Part shown: positions 48,519 to 59,175 of the stretch, in pieces
How positions within the stretch are numbered: the stretch's first letter is position 1
How the letters are laid out: each line of letters starts with the position of its first letter
Assembly: GCA_963678315.1 (NCBI GenBank)
Contig: OY782781.1
Location: forward strand, 2,464,001-2,528,000
Direction of reading: 5' to 3'
DNA length: 64,000 nt
Source of the DNA: Candidatus Cloacimonadales bacterium
GTDB taxonomy: Bacteria; Cloacimonadota; Cloacimonadia; Cloacimonadales; JAFGVF01
Notes under the pieces: generated by a model
What the model was told of the DNA's origin: nothing
Database searches by the model: none
Seen by the model: only the letters and a program-made list of their open reading frames with translations
Translations under genes and position numbers: made by a program

Positions 48519-51500
48519 CTATTTCATAAGAATCATTTTCTTTGTCTTTGAGTATTTACCAGATCTCATTTTGTAGAAGTAAACACCTGAAGATACTTTA
48601 TTATTATTATCATCTTGACCATTCCAAACAACAGTATGGATGCCTGTAGAATAGCTGTCATTAACAAGTTGTTTAACTTTTTGACCTTTGATATTATAAA
48701 TATCAATAGTAACATCACCAGCATCTTTCACATTAAATGCGATAGTTGTTTCAGGATTGAATGGGTTTGGATAGTTGTTTAGTAATGCATTACCTGCAAG
48801 TTCAACATCATCAGAAGAAATAGGTGTTCCATTAGGAGCAAGAACTTCTATATCATCAATCATGAAGATAAAAGCATCTGAAGATACACACTGGATAGCG
48901 AATCTAACAGTTTGACCAGCATAAGCATTTAAGTCATAAGAATATGAATTCCATGAAAGAGGAGCTTCAACATAAGTATCTCCAGAAATAACTGTAAAGT
49001 CATTCAGATCAGTTGAACCATTAGAAACGAGCACATTAAATCTTTCAAGACCATAAGTATCTGTGATAGATTTAGCCATAAATGAGAGACTTGCTTCTGC
49101 ATCAATTGTGAAGGCTCTTGAGATTAACCAATCGTCATTATCAGGAGTCATTGAAGCAAAACTAGCTAGATACTTTGAACCTGAGCTTGCCACAAATCCA
49201 GCTTCTGTAATTGCAGGAGTAGTTGAAGCTGGGTTGAACACCATGTAAGCCATAGGTAAACCAGCATTATCAAATTCAGTATTTTCAATACCATAAGTTT
49301 GAGATAAATCATTATCTACTAATGTCCAGTTAGCGAAGTCAATTGCGAAATCGTCATAAGCTTCAAAGTCATCAGTAAACAAGGCATCATCTCCACCAAT
49401 AGTAACAGTTACAGAGTTAGAAGGAACAGATTCTACTTGGTCGTACATTGCTGTTACATAATAAGTATAAGTTCCATCTTCTAAATCTTGGTCGTAATAT
49501 GAATATCCATCAACTTCAGCTATCATAACATCATCACGATAAACTTTATGACCTGTAGGGTCTCTATCGATAGTATTTCTTGAATTACCATTAACAACAA
49601 CTTCATTACCTGTTTCATCAACATAAGATTTATTAGTCATTGGTAGTACGAAGACAGTCCATAATAATTCTACACTACCTGAAGGAGTGATATTAGCCTG
49701 TAAATCAGATGGAGCTGGGTATTCAGAGATTTCTAAATCAGCACTATTACGAGCTGAAATATAGTTTCCATCAGTTCTTGAATTAGCAATAGCTGTAATA
49801 TTCAATATTTCTGAAGGGATCTCAGTTCCGATATAATCTACATCATAGAATGTAGCTCTGAAGTTGAAAGTATTAGTATTAGTAGCATTTGCAATTTCAT
49901 AAACTGCACCGTTTTCAAAATTGCCAGGAGTATTGAAGTGAGCATCTTGGATTTTAACTAATCTTGATTCGTATGATTCAAAGTTGTTAGTTAATTCATC
50001 TATTGTAACAAGCTGAGCTTGAACTATATTGTTAGAAGAAGTAGCAGCACCAGGATCTTGTGTAGGTATAAGCTGTAACATGTTGCCATATTCAGATAAT
50101 GTACCTCTTAAACCTGTAATACCATCGCCTACCATATAGGTTGATGTTATCACACCATTATTATCATCAATTAAGATACCAGCATTTGCATCTTGCAAGT
50201 ATTTTTGACCTCTATAGTCTTGTTGATAAGTAAGAATAACTTCACCTGTGATGATGTATTCATCACCACCAACTGTTTGGTTTCTTAGTTCTGCTAAATC
50301 AGCAACTTCAATAACTTGAGCAGCACCTGAGTTAGCTTGACCAGGAGTTCCCCCCATAACAGTTGAAGCTTGCCAGCTACTTGCTAAAGAATTATCAAGC
50401 ATAGGGTCGATAAGTTCTAGTGTAGCACCTGTACCATCAGCTGCAGAAGGCCAATCACCGCTATCTTGATAAATAACTTGATCAACAACATTACTTGATG
50501 CATCAAGAATAGATAAGTCTTCAGAGGTGTTTCCAAGATTCCAATCAAGTACTTCTGTTGCATCTACATCAGGAGTAAATGGGAAAGGTTCTGCTTCTTC
50601 ATGATGATCAATAGCAAGAGTTAAATATCCATTTGCAGGAATAACAACTTCAGCGCCAAAAGTGTATGGAGTGTGTTCAGCATCATTATCAGTAAATGTC
50701 CAACCAGCTAAAGAAACTTCAACATCTGAGATATTATAGAATTCTACCCATTCATTATCCCAACTTGCTGAGTTGTACATAATTTCATTAATAACAATTG
50801 CATTATCAGGAACAGTAGCTTGATCTAAAGCAAAGTTAACTTCAGTATTTGCATCAACATTAACTTGAACATCTGCAGTTATTGCAGTTGCATAACCTGT
50901 AGCTGAACAAGTTACACTGTAAGTATTTACCATAACATCAGCAATTGAGTAGTTACCTGAAGCATCTGTTTGAGCGTTTAATGAACCGATAGTAACTGTT
51001 GCACCTTCGATTGGACTATTATTTTCAGCATCAGTAACTTGACCTGAAATAGTACCATATTCAAGTTCACCAGCTGGTTCAAAATCAACTAAGTTTCTAG
51101 GAATAATTTGAGTAGTTCCATTGAATTGTAAGCATAAAGCAGTAATATTTACTGGACTTACTGGGATTTCAGTACCAATATAATCTACATCAAAAAATTG
51201 AGTTCTTAGGACTAATGTGTTAGCACCATCAGAAAGGTTATAGTTTTGTCCATTAGCAAAGCTTCCAGTTTCTTGGAAAGTAACAGCCATTACTTTAATC
51301 AATTCTGATTCATGGTTAGCTAAGTTATTATTTAAGTCATCTATAGTTAAGACTTGTGCAGTAACTTCATTATTATTAGATGTAGCAGTTCCAGGATCAA
51401 CTGTAGGGATAAATTCTAAGATACCATTATACTCAGTCAATGTACCTGTTAGACCTGTAACACCATCGCCTTCATTATAAGTAGAAGTGATAATACCAAT

Positions 51501-54341
51501 AAAGTCATCAACTAAAATACCACCAGTAGCATCTTGGAAGAACTTTTGGTTTCTGTAAGTTTGTGAGAAAGTCATCACTGCTTCACCAGTAAGTGAATAA
51601 GTGGTGCCATCAAGAGAACCAGCTCTTAGGTCAGCTATTGTTGAAACTTCAACAGTTTCTAAAAGAGTATACATAGCAGTTGCTACAAATGAAGCTTCTA
51701 AACCATCTGCATAAGCAATAGCTTTAAGAGTTGTTGTTTCACTTATTGAGATAGGTGTAGTATACATTGTAGAAGCATCTGTAGGCTCACTTCCATCTAA
51801 AGTATAATATATTGAAGCACCTTCAGTTGAACAAGTAATTGTAGCTTCAAAAGCTTCATCAAAAGTAGTTGAAGTAGGGTCAATTACAGGAGTTGAAGTA
51901 TATTCATCAGCTGAACCACCAGTGAATTCATGAGAACCAATATGAGAGAAATCATTTTGGTCATATACTATCCATTGTGAATTATCAGCAGAAGAACCTG
52001 CTGAAATAGCCCAGTCTGTAGAACCTTCACCAATTGTTGGTTTTCTTACAAGAGTTTGCTCACTAGTAGCTTCAGTAACACCTGCTACATCCCAAGCAAC
52101 ACCTGGATCTTCACCTTCGTTACCAATAACATCAATAAGTTGTCCATCCTTAAATAAGCCAATGGTATCATCACCATTGAAATAAGTGATAGTACTTGTG
52201 ATATCAGCAACAGCTTGAATTGCAGCATCAGCATCAGGATTAGCAATGATAAATACTCCACCATCAGCTAAAGTACCAGTTAATGCTTCTTCATTATCCA
52301 TTGGATTTCCATTGTTACCACGTTTTACAACATATTGAGATAGGTCTACATCTTCACCTGTTCCATTGTAGATTTCAAGAGCTTTATTGTTTCCTGAACC
52401 TTCTATATATTCAGAGAAGAATAAATCTACTGCTAGAGTAGGTTCTGTAGTTCCACCATTGTCAATTTCACCTGAATAAACTAATTGATTCTTACCAACA
52501 ACAATAACATTATTATCCCAACCAGCAATAGCAGTTAATCTTACAGGGTTAAAAGTAGTTTCAGGAAGATCTATTTCTGACCAAGATGCACCATTATCTT
52601 CTGATTTCATTAATGCCCAAGTTGTACCTAGGTTTGAAGAATCTGAAGATTGACCAGCAACAACTAATGTACCATCAGCAGTTTCATATATTGCATTTAG
52701 ATCATCATCAGCTGATTCAACAGCAGCTGTCCAATCACCTGCAGTAGCACCACCATTAGAAGTATAATATATCTCACCATCATCATTCACTAAAACACCG
52801 TTATCAGCATCTGTAAAGTAGATATCTTTAACATCTCCACCACTAACATTGATAGTTGTGAAATCAGTACCATTATTAGTTCTATATACTCTACCATCTT
52901 TACCACCAAGAAGAATATTATTCTCATCAAAAGCAAAAGCAGTATATATTTTATCATTTGAAGTAAAACCTGTCAACGTAATATCTGTCCAGTTAGCTCC
53001 GCCATCAGTAGTTTTTGAAGCAAAACCTTCGTGTCCAAAAGCCCAACCAATTTGATCATTGATAAACTCTAATGCATAAAGAGCTTTTGAAGAAGTTATT
53101 CCAGAAACTTGGTGTAATGTCCAAGAAACACCACCATCAGTAGTATTATATATAACACCTGCTTTACCAACAACGATACCATTATTTTCATCAAAGAATT
53201 TTGAATCATACAAGGTTTCTGTACCTGTAGCAACAAATATCTTGTCGTATGAAGCTCCAGCATCAGAAGTTCTAAATACAGTGTTTTTGTCTCCAACTAA
53301 ATACCAGTTATCTTCATCAATTAAAGAAATACTATAGTTATCAACTGAAGAAACTGTTTTTTCATTCCAGCTAATACCATCAGTAGATTTAGCTACTGTG
53401 CCATACCAACCAGCAAGCATTAAGTCTCCTGAATTGGTTGTAGTTAAGTCATGAGCATAGTAGTTCCAATCGTTGTATAAAATTTGAGTTGTTTGCCAGC
53501 CATCAGTTGTTTTAACAACAACACCATTCCAGCCAGTAGCATAACCCACATCACCATTCATAGTCACACCGTACATTCTAGGTTCTGAATCTCCACCTGC
53601 TGTTGGGTGATTAGTCCAAGTAAGACCATTATCATTGCTAACACCGATATAACCATCATCACCTAAAACAACAACTCTATCACCGAATTGTTTAACTTCG
53701 AAAGTTGTAGGATTAGTAGCCACACCTAAGTCAAGAACTTCCCAATTTGTACCAAAATCAGTAGTTTTAATTACTTTTCCTAAATCAGGACTACCATTGT
53801 TAGCAGCAATAAAGCCAATTCCTGATTCATTCATTGAGATACCATAATATGTGTCAGAGTTAGGAGTTGTTTGTAAAACCCAATTAGCACCATGGTCACT
53901 TGAGTAAACTACTTTACCGTTTGCTCCGCTAGCAAATATTTTGCCATCGGCTAAATATATTATTCCTTCTATATCATCACTTCCGAAAAATGTTTCTACT
54001 GCTGATGCCTGAGTCCATGATTGGCCACCATCAGTAGATAGTAAAAGCATACCATTCTCTGCTCCAATAGCTACATGGTTTGCATCTGCAAATGAGACAT
54101 CATTAGCGTCTAAATATGTTCCACTTCCTGGGTCAAATGTAGGTGAAGCCACAAAATCAAATGATTCTCCATCATCTGTTGATAAGCCAACAGCTCCATC
54201 TGAGCCTGCGATTACAACATTTGTGCCATAATTATCAATGCCATAAATATTTATAGGGAATTGAGCCTGTCTATCTAATTCCCATGAAAACAACGACAAA
54301 GCAACAAATAGTATTGTCGCAATAGTTATGAGTCTTTTCAT
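48519..54341 (-). CDS. Very large secreted multidomain protein (BNR/Ycf48-like propellers, lamin-tail domains, duplicated OB-like modules, cleaved-adhesin-like domain, C-terminal sorting domain)
   Basis: Many 'S/TTDGGxSW' Asp-boxes; LTD 'LFFSEYIEGSGNNKALEIYN' and 'INEIMYN..EWVEFYN'; 'IYYTLDGSEP'; 'NDDWLIS'; NYPNPFNPETTI CTD. Confidence 0.85.
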   Translation of the reverse strand: MKRLITIATILFVALSLFSWELDRQAQFPINIYGIDNYGTNVVIAGSDGAVGLSTDDGESFDFVASPTFDPGSGTYLDANDVSFADANHVAIGAENGMLLLSTDGGQSWTQASAVETFFGSDDIEGIIYLADGKIFASGANGKVVYSSDHGANWVLQTTPNSDTYYGISMNESGIGFIAANNGSPDLGKVIKTTDFGTNWEVLDLGVATNPTTFEVKQFGDRVVVLGDDGYIGVSNDNGLTWTNHPTAGGDSEPRMYGVTMNGDVGYATGWNGVVVKTTDGWQTTQILYNDWNYYAHDLTTTNSGDLMLAGWYGTVAKSTDGISWNEKTVSSVDNYSISLIDEDNWYLVGDKNTVFRTSDAGASYDKIFVATGTETLYDSKFFDENNGIVVGKAGVIYNTTDGGVSWTLHQVSGITSSKALYALEFINDQIGWAFGHEGFASKTTDGGANWTDITLTGFTSNDKIYTAFAFDENNILLGGKDGRVYRTNNGTDFTTINVSGGDVKDIYFTDADNGVLVNDDGEIYYTSNGGATAGDWTAAVESADDDLNAIYETADGTLVVAGQSSDSSNLGTTWALMKSEDNGASWSEIDLPETTFNPVRLTAIAGWDNNVIVVGKNQLVYSGEIDNGGTTEPTLAVDLFFSEYIEGSGNNKALEIYNGTGEDVDLSQYVVKRGNNGNPMDNEEALTGTLADGGVFIIANPDADAAIQAVADITSTITYFNGDDTIGLFKDGQLIDVIGNEGEDPGVAWDVAGVTEATSEQTLVRKPTIGEGSTDWAISAGSSADNSQWIVYDQNDFSHIGSHEFTGGSADEYTSTPVIDPTSTTFDEAFEATITCSTEGASIYYTLDGSEPTDASTMYTTPISISETTTLKAIAYADGLEASFVATAMYTLLETVEVSTIADLRAGSLDGTTYSLTGEAVMTFSQTYRNQKFFQDATGGILVDDFIGIITSTYNEGDGVTGLTGTLTEYNGILEFIPTVDPGTATSNNNEVTAQVLTIDDLNNNLANHESELIKVMAVTFQETGSFANGQNYNLSDGANTLVLRTQFFDVDYIGTEIPVSPVNITALCLQFNGTTQIIPRNLVDFEPAGELEYGTISGQVTDAENNSPIEGATVTIGSLNAQTDASGNYSIADVMVNTYSVTCSATGYATAITADVQVNVDANTEVNFALDQATVPDNAIVINEIMYNSASWDNEWVEFYNISDVEVSLAGWTFTDNDAEHTPYTFGAEVVIPANGYLTLAIDHHEEAEPFPFTPDVDATEVLDWNLGNTSEDLSILDASSNVVDQVIYQDSGDWPSAADGTGATLELIDPMLDNSLASSWQASTVMGGTPGQANSGAAQVIEVADLAELRNQTVGGDEYIITGEVILTYQQDYRGQKYLQDANAGILIDDNNGVITSTYMVGDGITGLRGTLSEYGNMLQLIPTQDPGAATSSNNIVQAQLVTIDELTNNFESYESRLVKIQDAHFNTPGNFENGAVYEIANATNTNTFNFRATFYDVDYIGTEIPSEILNITAIANSRTDGNYISARNSADLEISEYPAPSDLQANITPSGSVELLWTVFVLPMTNKSYVDETGNEVVVNGNSRNTIDRDPTGHKVYRDDVMIAEVDGYSYYDQDLEDGTYTYYVTAMYDQVESVPSNSVTVTIGGDDALFTDDFEAYDDFAIDFANWTLVDNDLSQTYGIENTEFDNAGLPMAYMVFNPASTTPAITEAGFVASSGSKYLASFASMTPDNDDWLISRAFTIDAEASLSFMAKSITDTYGLERFNVLVSNGSTDLNDFTVISGDTYVEAPLSWNSYSYDLNAYAGQTVRFAIQCVSSDAFIFMIDDIEVLAPNGTPISSDDVELAGNALLNNYPNPFNPETTIAFNVKDAGDVTIDIYNIKGQKVKQLVNDSYSTGIHTVVWNGQDDNNNKVSSGVYFYKMRSGKYSKTKKMILMK

Positions 54342-54494
54342 AATTCCTCCATTATTTTTCTCATATTATCATTTTAATAATTGTTAAGATTTTGGCAAGT
54401 ATTTTTGTATTAAGTATAATTAATAGTTCAAAAAACATACAGCAAAAAAAAGAGGAAGACATTTCTTCCTCATATATATTTGTGATTTTATTAC

Positions 54495-55439
54495 TTAAGC
54501 TTCAATGATAGTACCAGTTTTTCCTTCGAAAGCATCAACGATTTTTTCGATAGAAGTGATAATAACTTTTTTACCACCATTTTTAATAAAACTAATAGCA
54601 GCTAAGATTTTTGGTCCCATTGAACCTTTAGGGAATTGACCTTCATCATAATAAGCTTGAGCTTCTTCAATAGAAATATTATCTAAATCTTTTTGGTCTG
54701 GCTTACCGAAGTTTACAGCTACTTTATCTACACCAGTGAGAATTACTAAGAACTCAGCTCCAATTTTTTCCGCTAATAGTGCAGAAGCAAAATCTTTATC
54801 GATTACAGCATCAATACCTTCTAGCTTATTATCTTCTTCAAGAACTACTGGAATTCCGCCACCACCACAAGCGATAACAATTTGATTATCTTCTACAAGA
54901 GTTTTTATTGTGTTAGCAGGAACAATATCAATAGGTTTTGGTGATGGTACAACCTGTCTCCAGCCTCTGCCAGCATCTTCAGTCATAGTCCAACCAAATT
55001 CAGCTTCTAGAGCTTTAGCTTCATTTTCTGTATAGAATGGTCCAACTGGTTTTGATGGATTAGCCATACTTGGGTCATCTTTTGAAACAACAACTTGTGA
55101 GTTAATAGTTACAACACTGTTATTGATTCCTTCTACACGAAGTCTGTTTTGGAGACTTTGTTCAATCATGTAGCCCATTGTTCCTTCAGTTGCAGCAACA
55201 AGAACACCAAGTGGAAGTGGAGCAACACCTTTATCGATACCTGCATTATGTTGGATAAGCATATTACCAACTTGTGGTCCATTACCATGTGAAATTGCTA
55301 ATTGATAGCCTTGTTTAATTAATTCAACAACACCACCTAAGCTATCTCTTGTATTTTTAAACTGTTCGGTAATAGTACCTTTTTGACCAGCTTGAATAAT
55401 AGCGTTTCCGCCTAAAGCTAAAACTGCTTTTTTTGCCAT
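54495..55439 (-). CDS. arcC: Carbamate kinase
   Basis: ALGGNAI, HGNGPQVG, PSKPVGPFY, EDAGRGWRQVVPSP, AVIDKD, GSMGPK. Confidence 0.96.
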   Translation of the reverse strand: MAKKAVLALGGNAIIQAGQKGTITEQFKNTRDSLGGVVELIKQGYQLAISHGNGPQVGNMLIQHNAGIDKGVAPLPLGVLVAATEGTMGYMIEQSLQNRLRVEGINNSVVTINSQVVVSKDDPSMANPSKPVGPFYTENEAKALEAEFGWTMTEDAGRGWRQVVPSPKPIDIVPANTIKTLVEDNQIVIACGGGGIPVVLEEDNKLEGIDAVIDKDFASALLAEKIGAEFLVILTGVDKVAVNFGKPDQKDLDNISIEEAQAYYDEGQFPKGSMGPKILAAISFIKNGGKKVIITSIEKIVDAFEGKTGTIIEA

Positions 55440-55478
55440 TTATATTCCTCCAATAAATAATATTCATTTAAAAAAAGT

Positions 55479-55506
55479 TCGGAGACTTGCAAAAACAAGT
55501 CTCCGA
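55479..55506 (-). terminator. Strong hairpin between the arcE-like gene and arcC
   Basis: TCGGAGACTTG...CAAGTCTCCGA followed by a T tract on the minus strand. Confidence 0.65.
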
Positions 55507-55543
55507 TTGCTAATTTTTATTTTTCTAAAGTTTTGTCAATAAA

Positions 55544-56863
55544 TTAGAATCCATTTTCTGATAAAACATCAGCTAGAGTAGGTTTACCTATTTCTTGAAG
55601 TTCATAAGTAACTCTTACAGAAGGCTTTTTAATATTAACAATTCTTCTTAAATCTATTGGAGTACCAATTACGACAGCATCACAATCAACTGCATTAATT
55701 GTTTCTTCTAAATCTTTTATTTGTTGTTCACCATATCCCATAGCTGGTAACAAGATACCAATTTCAGGATACTTATCGAATGTTTCTTTAATCTCACCAA
55801 CAGCCCATGGACGTGGATCTACAGTATCTTCAACACCACATTTTTCAGCAGCAACGACACCTGCTCCATAGGTCATTTCACCATGTGTAAGTGTTGGACC
55901 ATCTTCTACCACAAGGACATTCTTGCCTGCAATAATTGATGGGTCTTCAACAAATACAGGAGAAGCTGCATCAATAATAATTGCATTAGGGTTATATTCA
56001 CGACAGTTTTCTCTAACTTCGAAAACACCTTCAGGATCTGCTGAATCAATCTTATTGATTACAATAACATCAGCTAAACGAACATTTGCTTCACCTGGAT
56101 AATAAGTAATTTCATGTCCTGCTCTGTGTGGATCAACCACAACAATTTTTAGTTCATTATCTGAAGTATAGAATGGAGTATCATTGTTACCACCATCCCA
56201 GATAATTACATCTGCTTCTTTTTCAGCTTCTCTGACAATTGCTTCATAGTCAACACCAGCATAGATTATTGAACCCATTGCAATATGTGGTTCATATTCT
56301 TCCATTTCTTCAATAGTACATTTATGTTTTACAAGGTCGTCTAAAGTTTCATAGCGTTGAACTTTTTGAGCTACAAGGTCACCATAAGGCATTGGATGTC
56401 TAATTGATACAACCTTTTTACCTTGTTCTCTAAAATATCTAACAACTGCTCTAGTAGTTTGTGATTTTCCGCAACCAGTTCTAGCAGCACAGATTGTTAC
56501 TAGAGGTTTACTTGTTTTAACTGCGGTATCTTTTTGACCCATTAACATGAAGTTTGCCCCTGCTGCATTTACTAATGATGCGTTATGCATAACTCTTTCA
56601 TGTGGTAAATCGCTATATGCTAAAACCACAAGATCTATGTCATATTGCTTAATTAAGCCAGGGAGCTCAGATTCGGGTAAAATAGGTATACCTTCCGGAT
56701 ACAGCTCACCTGCGAGTTGGGCAGGATATTTTTTATCGTCAATTCCTGGAATTTGTGTTGCTGTAAAAGCAACTACTTCGTAAGAATCATTACCTCTGAA
56801 AAAAGTATTAAAGTTATGAAAATCTCTTCCAGCGGCACCCATAATTATAACCTTTTGTTTCAT
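55544..56863 (-). CDS. arcE: Arginine synthetase (ArcE)-like P-loop protein, often annotated as GTPase or cyclic 2,3-diphosphoglycerate synthase-like
   Basis: IMGAAGRDFHNFN, VVAFTATQIP, RTGCGKSQT, RHPMPYGDL, WDGGNND, EDGPTLTHG, LPAMGY; adjacent to arcC. Confidence 0.75.
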   Translation of the reverse strand: MKQKVIIMGAAGRDFHNFNTFFRGNDSYEVVAFTATQIPGIDDKKYPAQLAGELYPEGIPILPESELPGLIKQYDIDLVVLAYSDLPHERVMHNASLVNAAGANFMLMGQKDTAVKTSKPLVTICAARTGCGKSQTTRAVVRYFREQGKKVVSIRHPMPYGDLVAQKVQRYETLDDLVKHKCTIEEMEEYEPHIAMGSIIYAGVDYEAIVREAEKEADVIIWDGGNNDTPFYTSDNELKIVVVDPHRAGHEITYYPGEANVRLADVIVINKIDSADPEGVFEVRENCREYNPNAIIIDAASPVFVEDPSIIAGKNVLVVEDGPTLTHGEMTYGAGVVAAEKCGVEDTVDPRPWAVGEIKETFDKYPEIGILLPAMGYGEQQIKDLEETINAVDCDAVVIGTPIDLRRIVNIKKPSVRVTYELQEIGKPTLADVLSENGF

Positions 56864-57133
56864 GTCACTCTCCTTTGACTTTATTGTTATCAGAATATAA
56901 CATGAAGATATTTAAATGTCAAGGAAAAGCTATTTGACTTGAAATATTAATTATAAGAATATCTCATCTTATTGTTTTCTAGATAGTTATAAATATATAA
57001 AAGATTGTTTATGCTTTGTATGTTTATCTTTTTTTCGGGACTAGAAGTGACTAATGCTATGCTTTCTCATCTATTCTTCCATCAAGTTGCCAGTAAAATC
57101 ACTTTCAGAATTCAAAATGTTGATTATAATACA

Positions 57134-57164
57134 CAAAAAGAGAATGTTGAAAACAACATTCTCT
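57134..57164 (-). terminator. Terminator downstream of rpsA
   Basis: AGAGAATGTTG-AAAA-CAACATTCTCT with a T tract on the minus strand. Confidence 0.75.
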
Positions 57165-57183
57165 AATTTATGGAACCTTATTA

Positions 57184-59175
57184 CTATTCTTTTACTTCTT
57201 CAGCTTCAGGTGTAGTTTCTTCAGCTACAATCTCTTCTTTCTTTTCTTCAACAACAACTTCTTCAGTTGGAGTTGCTTCAGGAGTAGCTTCAACAACAAC
57301 TTCTTCTACTGGAGTTTCTTTAGGAGCAGCTTCAACTACTACTTTTTCTTCAACAGTCTCTTCTTGAGATTTTGCATCTTCTTTCTTCATTTTTTCCATT
57401 TTTTTAGCTTCAGCTTTAGCTTTTTTTGCTTCTTTTTTCTTAGCAATTTTTTCGCTTTGCTCTTTATGGAATGCTACATAAGCATTTAAGCTATCTTGGT
57501 TTCTTGAGAAGAAGAATGCTTTTACAGAGAGAATAAGTCTTCTGTTGTCCATATCAAGTTCAATAACTTTTAATGGAATTTCTTCACCTACGAAGAAATA
57601 GTCTTCAGGGTTTTCTAATTTTGGAATAGCTAAATGAGATACTGGAACGAAACCTTCAACTAAAGTACCGTCACACTCGATATCTACTAAGATACCTTTT
57701 GGTATTAGTTTAGAGATAACACCTTTAAGTTCTGTGTTTAGAGGTAGGCTCTCATTTAGTGTTTGCCATGGATCTTCATGTAATTGTTTGATACCCAAAG
57801 CAACTCTGTGAAGTGTTTTATCAATAGATAATACAACAGCTTCAATTTCTTGATTCTTTTTGAAGAGATCTTTTGGATGATAGATTCTCTTTGTCCAAGA
57901 AATATCAGAAACATGAACTAAACCATCAATACCATCTTCGATTTCAACAAAGATACCAAATTCTGTTAAACTCTTAATTTTACGTTTAATAACAGTTCCT
58001 TCAGGGTATTTCATATCGATAGCTACCCAAGGATTTGGTTCCATTTGTTTTAAGCCTAAAGCAATTCTTTTGTTCTCTTTATTTACAGAAAGAACGATTG
58101 CTTCAACACTTTCACCAACTTTTAATAATTGGTTAGGATGGTTGATTTTCTTAGTCCAAGACATTTCAGTAATATGAATTAAACCTTCAACACCTGGTTC
58201 GAGTTCTACAAAAGCACCATATTGAGTTAAGTTTACAACTTTACCTTTTGCTTTTGAGCCTTCTTCATATTTCACATCAATGTTTTCCCATGGTTGAGGA
58301 ACTAATTGTTTTAAACCGAGAGAAACTTTTTCGTTTTCTTCATCGTAAGCAGTAACTTTAACTTTCAATTTATCACCGATATTTAAAATATCTGATGGAT
58401 GTTTAACTTTGCCCCATGACATATCAGTAATATGTAGAAGACCATCAATTCCACCTAAGTCAATGAAAGCACCATAGCTTGTGATGTTTTTAACTTCACC
58501 TTCGAGTTCTGCATCTACAGCTATTTTACCTTTTAAGTCTGCTCTTTTTTCTTTTAGCTCTTCTTCTAAAACATCTTTTCTAGAAACAATGATGTTCTTT
58601 CTGTCGCCATCTAATTTAATGATTTTAACATTAGCTGTTTTACCAATAAATTGATCTAAGTTAGGAATTGGTTTTAAGGCTATTTGTGAGCCTGGTAAAA
58701 ATGCTTCTAAACCGAACACTTCTACTATCATTCCACCTTTAACACGACGTCTGAAAATACCTTCAATGATTTCTTCTGCTTCAAATGAAGCTTGAAGTTT
58801 CTTGATGTTTTCTTGGAAATCTGCTTGTTTTTTAGAAAGTTTAACCTTTCCGTCACCATCTTCAACCTTAACAATGTACACTTTGATATCAGTACCTACA
58901 TCTGGTGATCCTGAATAGGTGAACTCGCCTATTGGAATTGATCCTTCTGATTTGTACCCGATATCTACTAGAACTTCACGGTCAGTTACACTAACTACTC
59001 TACCAGTAACAATCTGTCCTGATTCATAATTAGAGAATGACGCATCATACATTTCTAGCATTTCGTCTTTGCTAAGTTCTTTTTCTTTTGACATTACTTG
59101 CTGTTCATCAGCTTGGTTACCAACTACTTCATTTGTAGTTTCTTGAGTTTTGACTTCATCTTTGTTAAAGCTCAT
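57184..59175 (-). CDS. rpsA: 30S ribosomal protein S1
   Basis: Six S1 repeats (VDIGYKSEG, AFLPGSQ, GAFIDLGGIDGLLHITDMSW, GVEGLIHITEMSW); acidic low-complexity tail. Confidence 0.96.
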   Translation of the reverse strand: MSFNKDEVKTQETTNEVVGNQADEQQVMSKEKELSKDEMLEMYDASFSNYESGQIVTGRVVSVTDREVLVDIGYKSEGSIPIGEFTYSGSPDVGTDIKVYIVKVEDGDGKVKLSKKQADFQENIKKLQASFEAEEIIEGIFRRRVKGGMIVEVFGLEAFLPGSQIALKPIPNLDQFIGKTANVKIIKLDGDRKNIIVSRKDVLEEELKEKRADLKGKIAVDAELEGEVKNITSYGAFIDLGGIDGLLHITDMSWGKVKHPSDILNIGDKLKVKVTAYDEENEKVSLGLKQLVPQPWENIDVKYEEGSKAKGKVVNLTQYGAFVELEPGVEGLIHITEMSWTKKINHPNQLLKVGESVEAIVLSVNKENKRIALGLKQMEPNPWVAIDMKYPEGTVIKRKIKSLTEFGIFVEIEDGIDGLVHVSDISWTKRIYHPKDLFKKNQEIEAVVLSIDKTLHRVALGIKQLHEDPWQTLNESLPLNTELKGVISKLIPKGILVDIECDGTLVEGFVPVSHLAIPKLENPEDYFFVGEEIPLKVIELDMDNRRLILSVKAFFFSRNQDSLNAYVAFHKEQSEKIAKKKEAKKAKAEAKKMEKMKKEDAKSQEETVEEKVVVEAAPKETPVEEVVVEATPEATPTEEVVVEEKKEEIVAEETTPEAEEVKE

